Source: an uncultured Thermoplasmatales archaeon
GTDB taxonomy: Archaea; Thermoplasmatota; E2; DHVEG-1
Length of the DNA: 64,000 nt
Direction of reading: 5' to 3'
Assembly (NCBI GenBank): GCA_964481275.1
Contig: CAYZTD010000002.1
Location: 133,378 to 197,377, forward strand
The notes beneath the pieces were generated by a model. That model ran no database searches. It saw only the letters and a program-made list of their open reading frames with translations, and was not told the DNA's origin. Below are positions 20,573-30,765 of this stretch, one piece after another. Position numbers and translations under genes: made by a program. Numbering within the stretch: the first letter of the stretch is position 1; each line of letters starts with the position of its first letter.

Positions 20573-22447
20573 ATGAAATTACTATTGATTCATAGCGACT
20601 TTATAGAATACGAAGTAAAAAATAAAGCAATAAAAAATCCAGAAGATACAGATAAAAAGAAAGATCGTTTTGATGAAGCATTAACATCTTTTACTGCCGT
20701 TGAAAAAATAGATGAAAAATCACCAAAAAAAGCAGTAAAACAAACAGTTAATGAAATAGTAAAGACAGCTGAGCGACTAAATGTCAAAAATATTATGTTG
20801 TATCCTTATGCTCATTTATCTTCTAATCTTGCAAGTCCAAAAAAAGCCCAAGAAATTTTAATTGAAATTGAATATGAACTTGCTCAAAAGAATTTTAATG
20901 TAAAGCGTTCGCCATTTGGTTGGTACAAAGCATTTAAAATTTCTTGTAAAGGGCATCCATTATCTGAACTTTCACGTGAAATTATTCCTGGTAAAGAAGA
21001 AACAGAGTCTTTGAAAAAGGAAAGAAAACTAAGCTCCTACTGGTACATACTTTCCGAAGATGGAAAATTACATGATGTCGGAAAATTTAATTTCAAGGGA
21101 TATGATAATTTAAAGAAATTTTCTTTTTATGAAAAAGAAAAATCAAGAGAGGTAAAAGGTGAACCTGCACATGTAAAACTCATGCAAAAACTAGAGATTG
21201 CTGATTATGAACCTGCATCTGATGTCGGAAATATGAGGTATTATCCCAAGGGAAGATTTATTAAAAAGTTAATTGAAGAATATGTGACAGATAGGGTAAT
21301 TGAATATGGTGGTTTGGAAGTAGAAACCCCAATTATGTATGATATGGAACATCCAACGTTATCAAAATATCTGGAGAGATTTCCAGCAAGACAATATCAA
21401 ATAGAATCAGATAAAAGAAATTTTTTCCTACGTTTTGCAGCATGTTTCGGGCAATTTTTAATGGCTCATGATGCAACTATAAGCTATAAAGCTCTACCGT
21501 TGAAGCTCTATGAACTTACTAAATATTCTTTTAGAAGAGAGCAATCTGGTGAACTTACTGGTCTCCGAAGACTTCGTGCTTTTACAATGCCTGATGTCCA
21601 TGCAATGGTTTCAGATATGGATATGGCAATAAATGAATTTAAGAAAAGATTTGATCTTAGTCTTTCAGTTCTAAAAAATATTGGAATTGAAAATTCTGAT
21701 ATAGAAATGGCTCTTAGAACAACTAAAGATTTCTATGAAAAAAATAAAGATTTTATACTTGATCTAGTAAAAAAACTTGGAAAACCAATTCTTGTTGAGA
21801 TGTGGGATGAAAGAATATTTTATTTTATTTTAAAATTTGAGTTTAACTTTGTTGATAACTCAGATAAAGCATCGGCATTAAGTACTGATCAGATTGATAT
21901 TGAAAATGGTGAAAGATATGATATTAATTTTACTGATAAAAATGGAGAACAAAAAAATCCTCTGATTCTTCATTGCAGTCCTTCTGGTGCTATTGAAAGA
22001 GTTATTTATGCACTTTTGGAAAAAGAAGCAATTAAAATGAATAAAGGAAAAAAACCAATGCTTCCAATTTGGCTTTCACCTACACAAATTCGTTTTATTC
22101 CTGTTGGTGATGACTTTGTATCTGATTGTGAGAAATTAGTTAATAAATTAAACATTTTGTCTGAATATCATATTGTTCGTTCAGATATAGATGATAGAGA
22201 AGAAAGCGTAGGAAGAAAAATACGAGATGCAGAAAAAGAATGGATTCCAATAATAATTGTTTTTGGAGATAATGAAAAACAAAGTAAAAAATTCAAACCA
22301 CGTTTTAGAAATAAAGATGTTGGAGAAGAAAAAGAATACAAAATTGAAGACATTCATAAAATTATACTTGAGAAAACAAGAAATTATCCACAGAAAAATC
22401 TACCTTTACCACTTTATCTATCAAAACGTCCAAAATTTAAAGGATAA
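20573..22447 (+). CDS. thrS: threonyl-tRNA synthetase, archaeal type
   Basis: 624 aa. It has an N-terminal archaeal-type editing domain and a class II core (motif 2/3 region FRREQSGELTGLRRLRAF...). The C-terminal anticodon-binding domain is present. Confidence 0.85.
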   Translation: MKLLLIHSDFIEYEVKNKAIKNPEDTDKKKDRFDEALTSFTAVEKIDEKSPKKAVKQTVNEIVKTAERLNVKNIMLYPYAHLSSNLASPKKAQEILIEIEYELAQKNFNVKRSPFGWYKAFKISCKGHPLSELSREIIPGKEETESLKKERKLSSYWYILSEDGKLHDVGKFNFKGYDNLKKFSFYEKEKSREVKGEPAHVKLMQKLEIADYEPASDVGNMRYYPKGRFIKKLIEEYVTDRVIEYGGLEVETPIMYDMEHPTLSKYLERFPARQYQIESDKRNFFLRFAACFGQFLMAHDATISYKALPLKLYELTKYSFRREQSGELTGLRRLRAFTMPDVHAMVSDMDMAINEFKKRFDLSLSVLKNIGIENSDIEMALRTTKDFYEKNKDFILDLVKKLGKPILVEMWDERIFYFILKFEFNFVDNSDKASALSTDQIDIENGERYDINFTDKNGEQKNPLILHCSPSGAIERVIYALLEKEAIKMNKGKKPMLPIWLSPTQIRFIPVGDDFVSDCEKLVNKLNILSEYHIVRSDIDDREESVGRKIRDAEKEWIPIIIVFGDNEKQSKKFKPRFRNKDVGEEKEYKIEDIHKIILEKTRNYPQKNLPLPLYLSKRPKFKG

Positions 22448-22533
22448 TTATTTTATCTCAATTTTATACCAAAAATTTTATATATAACTAGATATATCTT
22501 TATAGAAAACAATATTAATGGATGTGATAAAAT

Positions 22534-23310
22534 ATGAAAAAAATAATATGTCTGTTATTAGTAGGAACTCTGTTACTAATAGGTTTTTCCTCTGTTTTAG
22601 TAACAGGTTTAGAAGCAAGAAATGAAACAGATGATAAAACTGTTGAACCATCTGATTTTGAAATATCGGAAGTTAAATTAACCGAAGAAGAATTTGATGG
22701 AATATATAATTGGTGTGAAGATATTGAAGATGTTAATTTGAAAGAAGAAGTAAGACAAGCTTTGGACGACACAATCTCATCAGAACGTGTTTTATATGTA
22801 CAAAAATTGGAACAAAAATTGTCACAATTAGAATATAATCCATATACTGAAGAGGATTTAAGTACTCTAGGAATTCTTCCAGCTTTTACAATTATAAGGT
22901 GTGAATGGACAGTTTATGATGAAGGAGAAGCGGAAAGAACTATACATTTTTGGATTTTTGGTTGGGGTAGACATGAAATAACGTGGGATACTCTAGATGA
23001 TCATGATGGAGATGGAACATGGGATCTTGGTCCAGGAACTCCTTGGCGTTATGAATGGACTGCATTATTATTTCCACTAAGACACTATGATGATTGGTGT
23101 TATTGGAAGGGCTATCCTGCTGGTCAGGCAAGAGTTAAAGTAATGTATAGTGTGGATGGTGATTCAGATGAAAAAATATTTACAGAACCTGAAGATGAAA
23201 GCGATACAGTTTCAAAAGCACCACATATGCTTTTTAACCAACTAAAAACAATTCTATATAAATTGGAAAAATTTGCAAAAGTTTTGAAGATATTTGAAAA
23301 TATTTGGTAA
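22534..23310 (+). CDS. secreted hypothetical protein with the shared C-terminal tail
   Basis: Signal peptide (MKKIICLLLVGTLLLIGFSSVLV). Trp-rich. The tail is HMLFNQLKTILYKLEKFAKVLKIFENIW. Confidence 0.6.
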   Translation: MKKIICLLLVGTLLLIGFSSVLVTGLEARNETDDKTVEPSDFEISEVKLTEEEFDGIYNWCEDIEDVNLKEEVRQALDDTISSERVLYVQKLEQKLSQLEYNPYTEEDLSTLGILPAFTIIRCEWTVYDEGEAERTIHFWIFGWGRHEITWDTLDDHDGDGTWDLGPGTPWRYEWTALLFPLRHYDDWCYWKGYPAGQARVKVMYSVDGDSDEKIFTEPEDESDTVSKAPHMLFNQLKTILYKLEKFAKVLKIFENIW

Positions 23311-23850
23311 ATTTTTACCATTTTTTTTAATTAAATATAAGGATGTTTATAATTATTAGACTTTTAATTTATAATAAAACATGATTAAACATTTACAAAA
23401 ATGCATCTAATCCAAAGGATGCAAGTAGTTTTGTGTATTATTATGATTTGGTTCAGTTAGCTTTCTTTTTACATTTGATATATGCGGTAACATCGGATAT
23501 TATGTTGAAACTTATCTGGTCGATAATTGGAATTTTGGTATGTATATCTTAAAATTTGCAACAATGAAAATTCTCGTGCTTCAACTGACTATTTCTTAAA
23601 CGAAGTAACACCATAAGTAGGTATTATTAGTTTTAGAGCTGATAACTCTTATGATATTTCTCATAAGTAAACTCTACATAGATTATATAATCCTGGTTAA
23701 GTGATATATATAGAACAGATGAAAATAGCTATGTGACAATTAAAACAGATAAGTTATCGGAAATGAATACTATTTTGAGCTTTCTTCTAACAATCAAACT
23801 AAAGATTAGTTGTTGTACCATACAGATTGGCGGGGCTGTAATAACACAGG

Positions 23851-24011
23851 TTGGCTTGGTCCTTATCAATCAGGCGAAAATAAAACTACAAATCATACAT
23901 GTATTCGAGATGGAATATATAATAAAGGCAAAATCAACAGACGTATATGAGTATGAAAGTGATTGGAATCAATTAAATGTTGGAATGCCAAAAAAACAAA
24001 GATATATATGA
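23851..24011 (+). pseudogene. remnant of the 3' end of a PKD-domain protease gene (frameshifted fragment)
   Basis: A 37-nt exact match to 37299..37335 (encoding SDWNQLNVGMP) is present. Flanking similarity to the 3' end of the 35834..37429 gene is broken by frameshifts. The fragment lies in an 800-bp region with no other gene. Confidence 0.55.
23953..23989 (+). repeat. 37-nt exact repeat shared with 37299..37335
   Basis: atgaaagtgattggaatcaattaaatgttggaatgcc is identical at both loci. Confidence 0.85.
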
Positions 24012-24154
24012 TATCTTCAAAACTTTGCAAAATAATTATAAAAACATTTTTTTTATATTTCAATAGTTAATGAAACTATAAGATATTTTATCATGTTACC
24101 AATAGACATAAAAAAGATTTAATTATTTACCAAAACTAGGGGAAGTAACAATTT

Positions 24155-25285
24155 ATGATAAAAAGAGGAGAAATCCAAAAAATAGTGGATAATTACGATA
24201 AAAAAAATATTACTATTGGAGTTTTAGGTGGGCACTCAGGGCTTGATGTATCTCGCGGTGCAAAAAAACATGGGTTTAAAACTATAGCAGTATGTCAAAA
24301 AGGAAGAGAAAAAACCTATACTAACTACTATAAAACTAGAAAAGATGGTAGAGGATGTATTGATGAGACAATTGTATTGGATAAATTTTCAGATATTACA
24401 AAAAGAGAAGTTCAAGAAAAACTAAGGAAAAAAAATACAATATTTGTTCACAGTAGATATTTCTGGGTTTATTTTGATTTTAAAGATATTGAAAATAATT
24501 TCAAGGTCCCAATTTATGGTACACGTGGCATGGTAAAACTTGAAGAAAGAGATGTTCCTAAAAACCAGTATTATCTTCTTAAAAAAGCAGGGATAAGATA
24601 TCCAAAAATATACAAAAAACCAGAAGATATTGACAAACTTGTAATTGTAAAAGTAAATGAGGCAATGCGTGGATATGAAAGAGCTTTTTTCTTTGCAGCA
24701 AGTTTTGATGAATATACAAAAAAATCAGATGATATGCTTAAAAAGAAATTGATTACAAAAGAAGCACTTGAAAAAAGTGTTATAGAAGAATATATTGTAG
24801 GAGCTCAAATAAATTTTAATTATTTTTATAGTGTTATTGATGATGAACTAGAAATTATGGGTACAGATACACGTCGTCAGACTAATTTAGATGGTCTTTT
24901 AAGACTTCCAGCAAATGAACAACTTGAGGTTTTAAAATATCTTAAACCTAAAATGATTGAAACAGGACATATTGCAGCAACAACAAAAGAAAGCATTATT
25001 GAAAAAATCTTTAATCTTGGTGAAAAATTTGTAAGAGCAACTAAAAAAGAGGTTCCACCAGGAATAATTGGGCCTTTTGCCCTACAAGGTAGTATAGCTG
25101 CAGATAGAGGTAAAGAAGAGATGGTGGTATTTGATGTATCGATGCGCATTCCTGGAAGTCCTCTGACTCGTTTTACACCTCACAGCGGTTATCTTTACTG
25201 TGATAGCATTAGTTATGGTGAAAGAGTTGCAATGGAGATCAAAAAAGCAATTGAAACAGATAGATTAAAAGAAGTTGTTACATAA
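24155..25285 (+). CDS. purP: 5-formaminoimidazole-4-carboxamide ribonucleotide (FAICAR) synthetase PurP, ATP-grasp
   Basis: N-terminus NITIGVLGGHSGLDVSRGAKKHGFKT and a length of about 376 aa match archaeal PurP. Confidence 0.8.
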   Translation: MIKRGEIQKIVDNYDKKNITIGVLGGHSGLDVSRGAKKHGFKTIAVCQKGREKTYTNYYKTRKDGRGCIDETIVLDKFSDITKREVQEKLRKKNTIFVHSRYFWVYFDFKDIENNFKVPIYGTRGMVKLEERDVPKNQYYLLKKAGIRYPKIYKKPEDIDKLVIVKVNEAMRGYERAFFFAASFDEYTKKSDDMLKKKLITKEALEKSVIEEYIVGAQINFNYFYSVIDDELEIMGTDTRRQTNLDGLLRLPANEQLEVLKYLKPKMIETGHIAATTKESIIEKIFNLGEKFVRATKKEVPPGIIGPFALQGSIAADRGKEEMVVFDVSMRIPGSPLTRFTPHSGYLYCDSISYGERVAMEIKKAIETDRLKEVVT

Positions 25286-25332
25286 ATAACATTGACAAAA
25301 TTTATTTATATTTATAATATTATTCGATATTA

Positions 25333-26703
25333 ATGAAAAATAAGATACTAGTTGTTATTTTAGCATTGATAATATCTTTTTCTACAATTTCAATTGGAAA
25401 AACTATTGTAACAGAAAAGGAAAATAAAAAAAAATTTTTGAAACAAAATAATACTGTTAATTGGACTGTAATGTATTATTTATGTTGCGATTCTAATATG
25501 TATGATTATGGAGATATGATATTAGAAAATTTATCAAAATTCGGTTCAAAAGATGATTTCAATTTAGTAGCACTATATGATGGAATATACTATGGTGATT
25601 CAAAAGTAATATATTTTAATTATAAAGGTGAAAAAGTCATTTTAAATGATGTTATAGGATGGCCAGATGAAGTTGATTATAGTAACCCCATAGTTTTTGA
25701 AGAATACTGTAAAAAAGTAATCGAGCTTTACCCAGCAGAACATTATGCATTTATAACCTATGGTTCTGCTGGAACTGGATGGCAAATATATTGTGTTCAT
25801 GACAGAACTGATGGTAAAACTGGTTTTTCTATACCACGTCTTGGAAAGGCTTTTAAAAATATAACAAAAAATGGAGAAGAAAAAATAGATGTTATATTTA
25901 CCTCATGTGCAATGAATGCAATAGAACTTGCATATGAAATATCTTCATATGTGGATTACATTGTTGGAACTCAGGATTGTTTATCAAAAGATTTTCCCTA
26001 TAGATTCTATAAACCAATATGGTCTTTATATAATAATACAAGTTTAAACCCAGAAGAATTCGCAAAAATTGTACCAGAACAACTTAGACCCCTTTCATTT
26101 TTTTATAGAGAGTCATATGAAGGAAAATTACCTTTAATTAGTAAAATACTAAATAAATTACCATTTAAAGGACTTCATACAGTAATGCATCATGATAATA
26201 CCGGTGTTGTAAATAACTCGAATATTAATAGACTTATTCAATCTGTTGATGACTTATCAAGATATTTGGCTTTGGAAATTAAAGATAAAGAAATAATAAA
26301 TAATATAAAAACAGCAAGAGATAAAGTAAGAGAAAGCGGTAAATGTAATGTTAAATATAATTTTCTTCCAATTGTTTTAATTCAAAAAAATCTTTGTTTG
26401 GAATTTTTATCATATGATGCCTTTATTGATCTATATGATTTTTGTGAAATATTAAAAAATACAACAGAAAATGATTTTTTAAAAATATACTGTGGATATG
26501 TTATGAAAAACATGAATTTAACAGTTCCATATATTAAAACTACAGAAAATGATCCTTTACATGGATTAAATATTTATTTTCCAGAAAATAAAAGAATGTA
26601 TAATATGGATCTTTTAAATGGTCCACTTCCTTGTTTATATGAAGAATTATTTTTTTCAAAAGATACGTGTTGGGATGAATTTCTAAAAGCCTATTACAAC
26701 TAA
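25333..26703 (+). CDS. secreted clostripain-like (peptidase C11 family) protein, possibly lacking the catalytic His
   Basis: Signal peptide present. It aligns to the 35834..37429 C11 paralog. Catalytic-Cys context TSCAM matches DACLM, but the WDHGSGW His motif is replaced by YGSAGTGW. Confidence 0.65.
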   Translation: MKNKILVVILALIISFSTISIGKTIVTEKENKKKFLKQNNTVNWTVMYYLCCDSNMYDYGDMILENLSKFGSKDDFNLVALYDGIYYGDSKVIYFNYKGEKVILNDVIGWPDEVDYSNPIVFEEYCKKVIELYPAEHYAFITYGSAGTGWQIYCVHDRTDGKTGFSIPRLGKAFKNITKNGEEKIDVIFTSCAMNAIELAYEISSYVDYIVGTQDCLSKDFPYRFYKPIWSLYNNTSLNPEEFAKIVPEQLRPLSFFYRESYEGKLPLISKILNKLPFKGLHTVMHHDNTGVVNNSNINRLIQSVDDLSRYLALEIKDKEIINNIKTARDKVRESGKCNVKYNFLPIVLIQKNLCLEFLSYDAFIDLYDFCEILKNTTENDFLKIYCGYVMKNMNLTVPYIKTTENDPLHGLNIYFPENKRMYNMDLLNGPLPCLYEELFFSKDTCWDEFLKAYYN

Positions 26704-26830
26704 TTTTTTTTATCTCCAATCTTTTTTTCCATTTTAACTTAAACATAATTGTTTTTATAATAATGTTATAAAAATGCCAAAAGATTTATATATATTATAA
26801 ACTCTTTTTATAATTCTGATGTGATATAAT

Positions 26831-28687
26831 ATGGGGAATAAAGAAAGGGTATTTAGAACTATTTTAGTTGCATTTTTTATGCTGTCTATAGGAACAAGTA
26901 GTTTTTTTATAGAAAATAATGTTAAAGCCGATGAGGAAACAGATTTTCTATCCGGAAGAGATATAGAACTTCTTTGTGGATTTGTTCCACCAGATAACTG
27001 GTGGAAGGATGCAAATTTTTATTTTATGAAATCATCAGGGGGTCAACCATCAAGTTTTGACTGGCGTGATAAAGGGGGAGTAACCCCTGTTAAAGATCAG
27101 GGAAATTGCGGCAGTTGCTGGGCTTTTGGAACTGTGGCACCACTGGAAAGCGCTATAAAAATACGTGAAGGAATAACTGTTGATCTGTCAGAACAATGGC
27201 TTGTTAGCTGCAATCGTGATGGATGGGGTTGTGGTGGTGGCTGGTGGGCTCATAACTATCATCAATGGAAAACAGGTAAATGCGGAGGATTTGGAGCAGT
27301 ACTTGAGGATGATTTTCCATATAGCGCTTCAGATGAATCCTGTGGTGGTCCATATGATCATCCATATATAGTTGAGGATTGGGCTTTTATAGGTGGAGAA
27401 GGAAGTGTTCCTCCAACAGAGGATATAAAACAAGCAATAATTGACTATGGTCCAGTTTCAGCAGCCGTGCGGGTTACAAATGACTGGAATGGTTATGATG
27501 GAAGTTATGTTTATGACAATGACGCCTCTGGAAATGTAAATCATGCAATAACTATTGTTGGATGGGATGACAACATGGGATCTGACGGTGCGTGGATTAT
27601 CAAAAATAGCTGGGGTCCTAGATGGGGGGACAACGGTTACATGTACATCGAATATGAATGTAGCCGTGTTGGATATTCAGCTTGTTTCGTAAATGGCTAT
27701 CACGGACCTCCAATTGAAAGCAAGGAAAAAATAACATTTACTGTAGAAGAAATAACAAACGATCCAAATAGAGGAAATTTTGATCCCATCGAACCACCTT
27801 TTAATAAACCAGAATGGTATTATCGAGTCGGAACTGCAGTATCAGGTGAGACCAAACAGCAATTTAACTATAACATGTGGACTGAAAATCTTGGAAATTT
27901 TGGATATAATTCAGAATATACTTGGAAACCACAAGAAAATCATGTTTTTTATACAGGTGAACCAACAATTGATGTAACATTTAAGCTAATGGAAAATGAT
28001 AAATTTTTTGAAGAGGGAATAATTTTTAAAGATGATCTTGCTGATGTAAGTGCTTTTCCTGGTGGAGGAAAAGATAATGATATATCTGATTATAGACCTG
28101 CAATTTATCATGGAACATACAACCTTGTCACAGGTGAACTAACAGGTGATGATACATCTGGTCCTGACTCCCAAGGAAATTATATAACTTTGGGTGATGG
28201 AATCAATAATGCAAAGGTATGGTTTAAGATAACAGATAGTTACAATGAGGATTTGTATGAGCCAGATATCCATGTTTCACCATCAAAATTAAGTTTTGGA
28301 GAAGTGAATCAGGGTGAAAATCCATCAAAAACATTCTCGATTGAAAACCTAGCTAATTTTGATGAAAACGAATGGCAAAAGCTAGATTGGACTGCATCTG
28401 ATAACAAAAATTGGATAAGTCTTAGTAAAACATCTGGTTCTTTAAATGGTGGACAGAGTGACATAGTTGCAGTTACATTAGATACAGATCAACTTCAAAA
28501 AGGAAATGATTACTCTGGAACAATAACAGTAGATTCAAATGATGAAACAAAAACAATAAGCGTCAGTGTGACAATCAAAAAATCATCATCAATAGAAAAT
28601 CCATTTTACATCTTTTTACAGAATCTTTACCAAAAAGTCATTGAATTCTTACAGAGATTAATGCCAAACAACATTCTAAATCTGTAA
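26831..28687 (+). CDS. secreted papain-family (C1A) cysteine peptidase with C-terminal extension domains and the shared tail
   Basis: Catalytic triad contexts are present: QGNCGSCWAFG (Cys), NHAITIVGWDD (His) and IIKNSWGPRWG (Asn). Signal peptide present. A C-terminal ~160-aa domain is shared with 34039.. and 37419.. proteins. The tail is ENPFYIFLQNLYQKVIEFLQRLMPNNILNL. Confidence 0.85.
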   Translation: MGNKERVFRTILVAFFMLSIGTSSFFIENNVKADEETDFLSGRDIELLCGFVPPDNWWKDANFYFMKSSGGQPSSFDWRDKGGVTPVKDQGNCGSCWAFGTVAPLESAIKIREGITVDLSEQWLVSCNRDGWGCGGGWWAHNYHQWKTGKCGGFGAVLEDDFPYSASDESCGGPYDHPYIVEDWAFIGGEGSVPPTEDIKQAIIDYGPVSAAVRVTNDWNGYDGSYVYDNDASGNVNHAITIVGWDDNMGSDGAWIIKNSWGPRWGDNGYMYIEYECSRVGYSACFVNGYHGPPIESKEKITFTVEEITNDPNRGNFDPIEPPFNKPEWYYRVGTAVSGETKQQFNYNMWTENLGNFGYNSEYTWKPQENHVFYTGEPTIDVTFKLMENDKFFEEGIIFKDDLADVSAFPGGGKDNDISDYRPAIYHGTYNLVTGELTGDDTSGPDSQGNYITLGDGINNAKVWFKITDSYNEDLYEPDIHVSPSKLSFGEVNQGENPSKTFSIENLANFDENEWQKLDWTASDNKNWISLSKTSGSLNGGQSDIVAVTLDTDQLQKGNDYSGTITVDSNDETKTISVSVTIKKSSSIENPFYIFLQNLYQKVIEFLQRLMPNNILNL

Positions 28688-28702
28688 AACAAAAAATCTA
28701 AT

Positions 28703-29422
28703 TTATCTATTTTTTTTCTTAATTTCCTTAGCTGGAATCCCACCATATATCTTGCCCTTTTTTAGAATCTGGTCTTTTCTAACTACTGCTCCTGACGCCA
28801 ATTTAACATTATCTTGTATTATTGCACCAGGCATAATAACTGCACCTGCACCTATTACAACATTATTTCCAATTTTTACAGATTTCATAGTTATAGTTCC
28901 TTTTTCATAATCGTGAATATGACCATAAATTACAGAAAATAAACCCATAGTACAATTATCTCCAATCTCTGTTAAACAAGGATCCATAATTGTTCCACCA
29001 ACAAGACTGTTTTTACCGATTTTCATGCCAAGTAATCTATAATATCTATCTTTCATACCTCCCATAGAAAAAATTTCAAGTATTTTTCTCATAGGAGTAT
29101 ATAAAACACATATAATAATCCATTTTAGACTGTTTTTATTTTTATAGTTGTATTCATAAACACCTGGTTTGTACTTGATATTAAAAAGATGAATAAACAA
29201 TCCCGATATTAATAACTGAAAAAATAAAGTTATAAATATTCCTATATATATTAAAAAAGGAATTAAAAATAGTTGCCAATTTTTTGTAAATGTAAGAAAT
29301 AAAAATATAAATTTAACATATAAAACAAGAGGTGAAAATCCCATAGAAAAAATTACAAGCGCTATTATTGAAATTAATATTGGGCCAGTAATTTTACCTG
29401 ATTTTTTTTTCTTTTTAACCAT
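28703..29422 (-). CDS. membrane-anchored hexapeptide-repeat (LbH) acyl/acetyltransferase
   Basis: N-terminal TM helices. C-terminal left-handed beta-helix repeats (IGNNVVIGAGAVIMPGAIIQDNVKLASGAVV). Confidence 0.7.
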   Translation of the reverse strand: MVKKKKKSGKITGPILISIIALVIFSMGFSPLVLYVKFIFLFLTFTKNWQLFLIPFLIYIGIFITLFFQLLISGLFIHLFNIKYKPGVYEYNYKNKNSLKWIIICVLYTPMRKILEIFSMGGMKDRYYRLLGMKIGKNSLVGGTIMDPCLTEIGDNCTMGLFSVIYGHIHDYEKGTITMKSVKIGNNVVIGAGAVIMPGAIIQDNVKLASGAVVRKDQILKKGKIYGGIPAKEIKKKNR

Positions 29423-29431
29423 AAAAACCTC

Positions 29432-30700
29432 TTATAATTCTATTTTTTCGTATTCTTCATTTGCCATTTTAATAAAATTGTAATATTTTTCTGGGTTATT
29501 TCTGTTTAGATTATTTATAGCTTTTTTTTGAAAATTTATGGCATTTTTAAAAAAGATTTGATTTTTACAACTTAAATTCATTCCTAAATATCTTTGATAT
29601 TTATTAAAAGTAATTTTAGTATAGTTAAAACATCTGTCAGATAGATTTTTTTCAACTAATTTTTTTTCTTCAGTAAACATCTGTGATTTACTACCTTCTT
29701 TACAATCTATGTAATAAGGTCTGACATTGTTGTTTTCTATCCATATCCATCTTTCTTCTCCTTTCATTAATGGGAAAATATAATCTGTTTTTGTATCATT
29801 TTCGTCTTGTGGATAACATATACGATTAATTATCTGTCTTTTAGTTTCGTATGGAGTTTCACCTTTGGTTGTATCAAGTAAGACCCAGCCATAGTCTGGA
29901 ACATAGTATTCAACCATATAATGCATCTGAGTCCAAAAACCTTGATCATTATTTACAAGTAAAACTCTTGATGGAATGTTTTTGTTTCTTAAAAGTGCAC
30001 AGGCCAGATGAGACCTACCTACATTCTCTCCATTAATAAAAAGAGTAGTTAATGCATCTTGTGAAAAAAAGAGTCCTGTTCTTAATTGTATTAAAAACAA
30101 TATGGATCTATGGTTTTTAATAAAAGAAGAAACCCGATCTGCGTAACTAATCAGATTGTTATGAAATAATTTTATTTGCATAGCTTTTAATTTTATGAAG
30201 ATATTGTTAGTTTGAACTACATCTGTTTCAGATAGCCATTTCTTTGTGTTTTTTGGGAGGTTTTCTTTTTCTTGAAATTCAACTGTTTCAGGTAATTCAT
30301 TGAATTCCTTATTTTCAACTAATACCCATACTGTAAAATGAATAAGTTTTTTTTCATCTTTATACATTTTATTTACTGTAAAATTTACAAATTTATTAGG
30401 TTCTAAAGTGTCATTTATTATTCTATAATTTATTATATCTGCTGTACTGTCATTATATATTTCTAGCAGTATTGGTACTTGATAATTATAGATTGGTGGA
30501 AATGCATAGCTAATGTTAAAGACGTCTGTGTTTTCTTCGGCTAAAAGATCAAGATAGTGTTCAACTCTTAATAAAAATATTTCAGATTTAGTATTGATGT
30601 TTTTCTTTATATCTATTGAAGCAACTTTAGCATTATAAAAAAAACTAAGCGAGATAAGAAAAATAGTTATCAATATAACTAATTTTTTTTTCTTCGACAT
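29432..30700 (-). CDS. secreted transglutaminase-like cysteine protease-fold protein
   Basis: Signal peptide present. The transglutaminase-core Cys/His/Asp contexts are present (GRSHLACALL, QMHYMVEYYVPDYGWV, LLDTT). Confidence 0.6.
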   Translation of the reverse strand: MSKKKKLVILITIFLISLSFFYNAKVASIDIKKNINTKSEIFLLRVEHYLDLLAEENTDVFNISYAFPPIYNYQVPILLEIYNDSTADIINYRIINDTLEPNKFVNFTVNKMYKDEKKLIHFTVWVLVENKEFNELPETVEFQEKENLPKNTKKWLSETDVVQTNNIFIKLKAMQIKLFHNNLISYADRVSSFIKNHRSILFLIQLRTGLFFSQDALTTLFINGENVGRSHLACALLRNKNIPSRVLLVNNDQGFWTQMHYMVEYYVPDYGWVLLDTTKGETPYETKRQIINRICYPQDENDTKTDYIFPLMKGEERWIWIENNNVRPYYIDCKEGSKSQMFTEEKKLVEKNLSDRCFNYTKITFNKYQRYLGMNLSCKNQIFFKNAINFQKKAINNLNRNNPEKYYNFIKMANEEYEKIEL

Positions 30701-30765
30701 ATACTTTTATCATTCCATTTATTTAATTTTATAAAAAATTATATATATCATAGTATTTAAAAGGT

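Noticed and set aside
23733-24011. 92-aa ORF as a real gene
   Set aside because: Only its last 12 codons resemble anything, the PKD-protein C-terminus; the rest is frameshifted relative to the parent gene. It is treated as a pseudogene remnant rather than a CDS.
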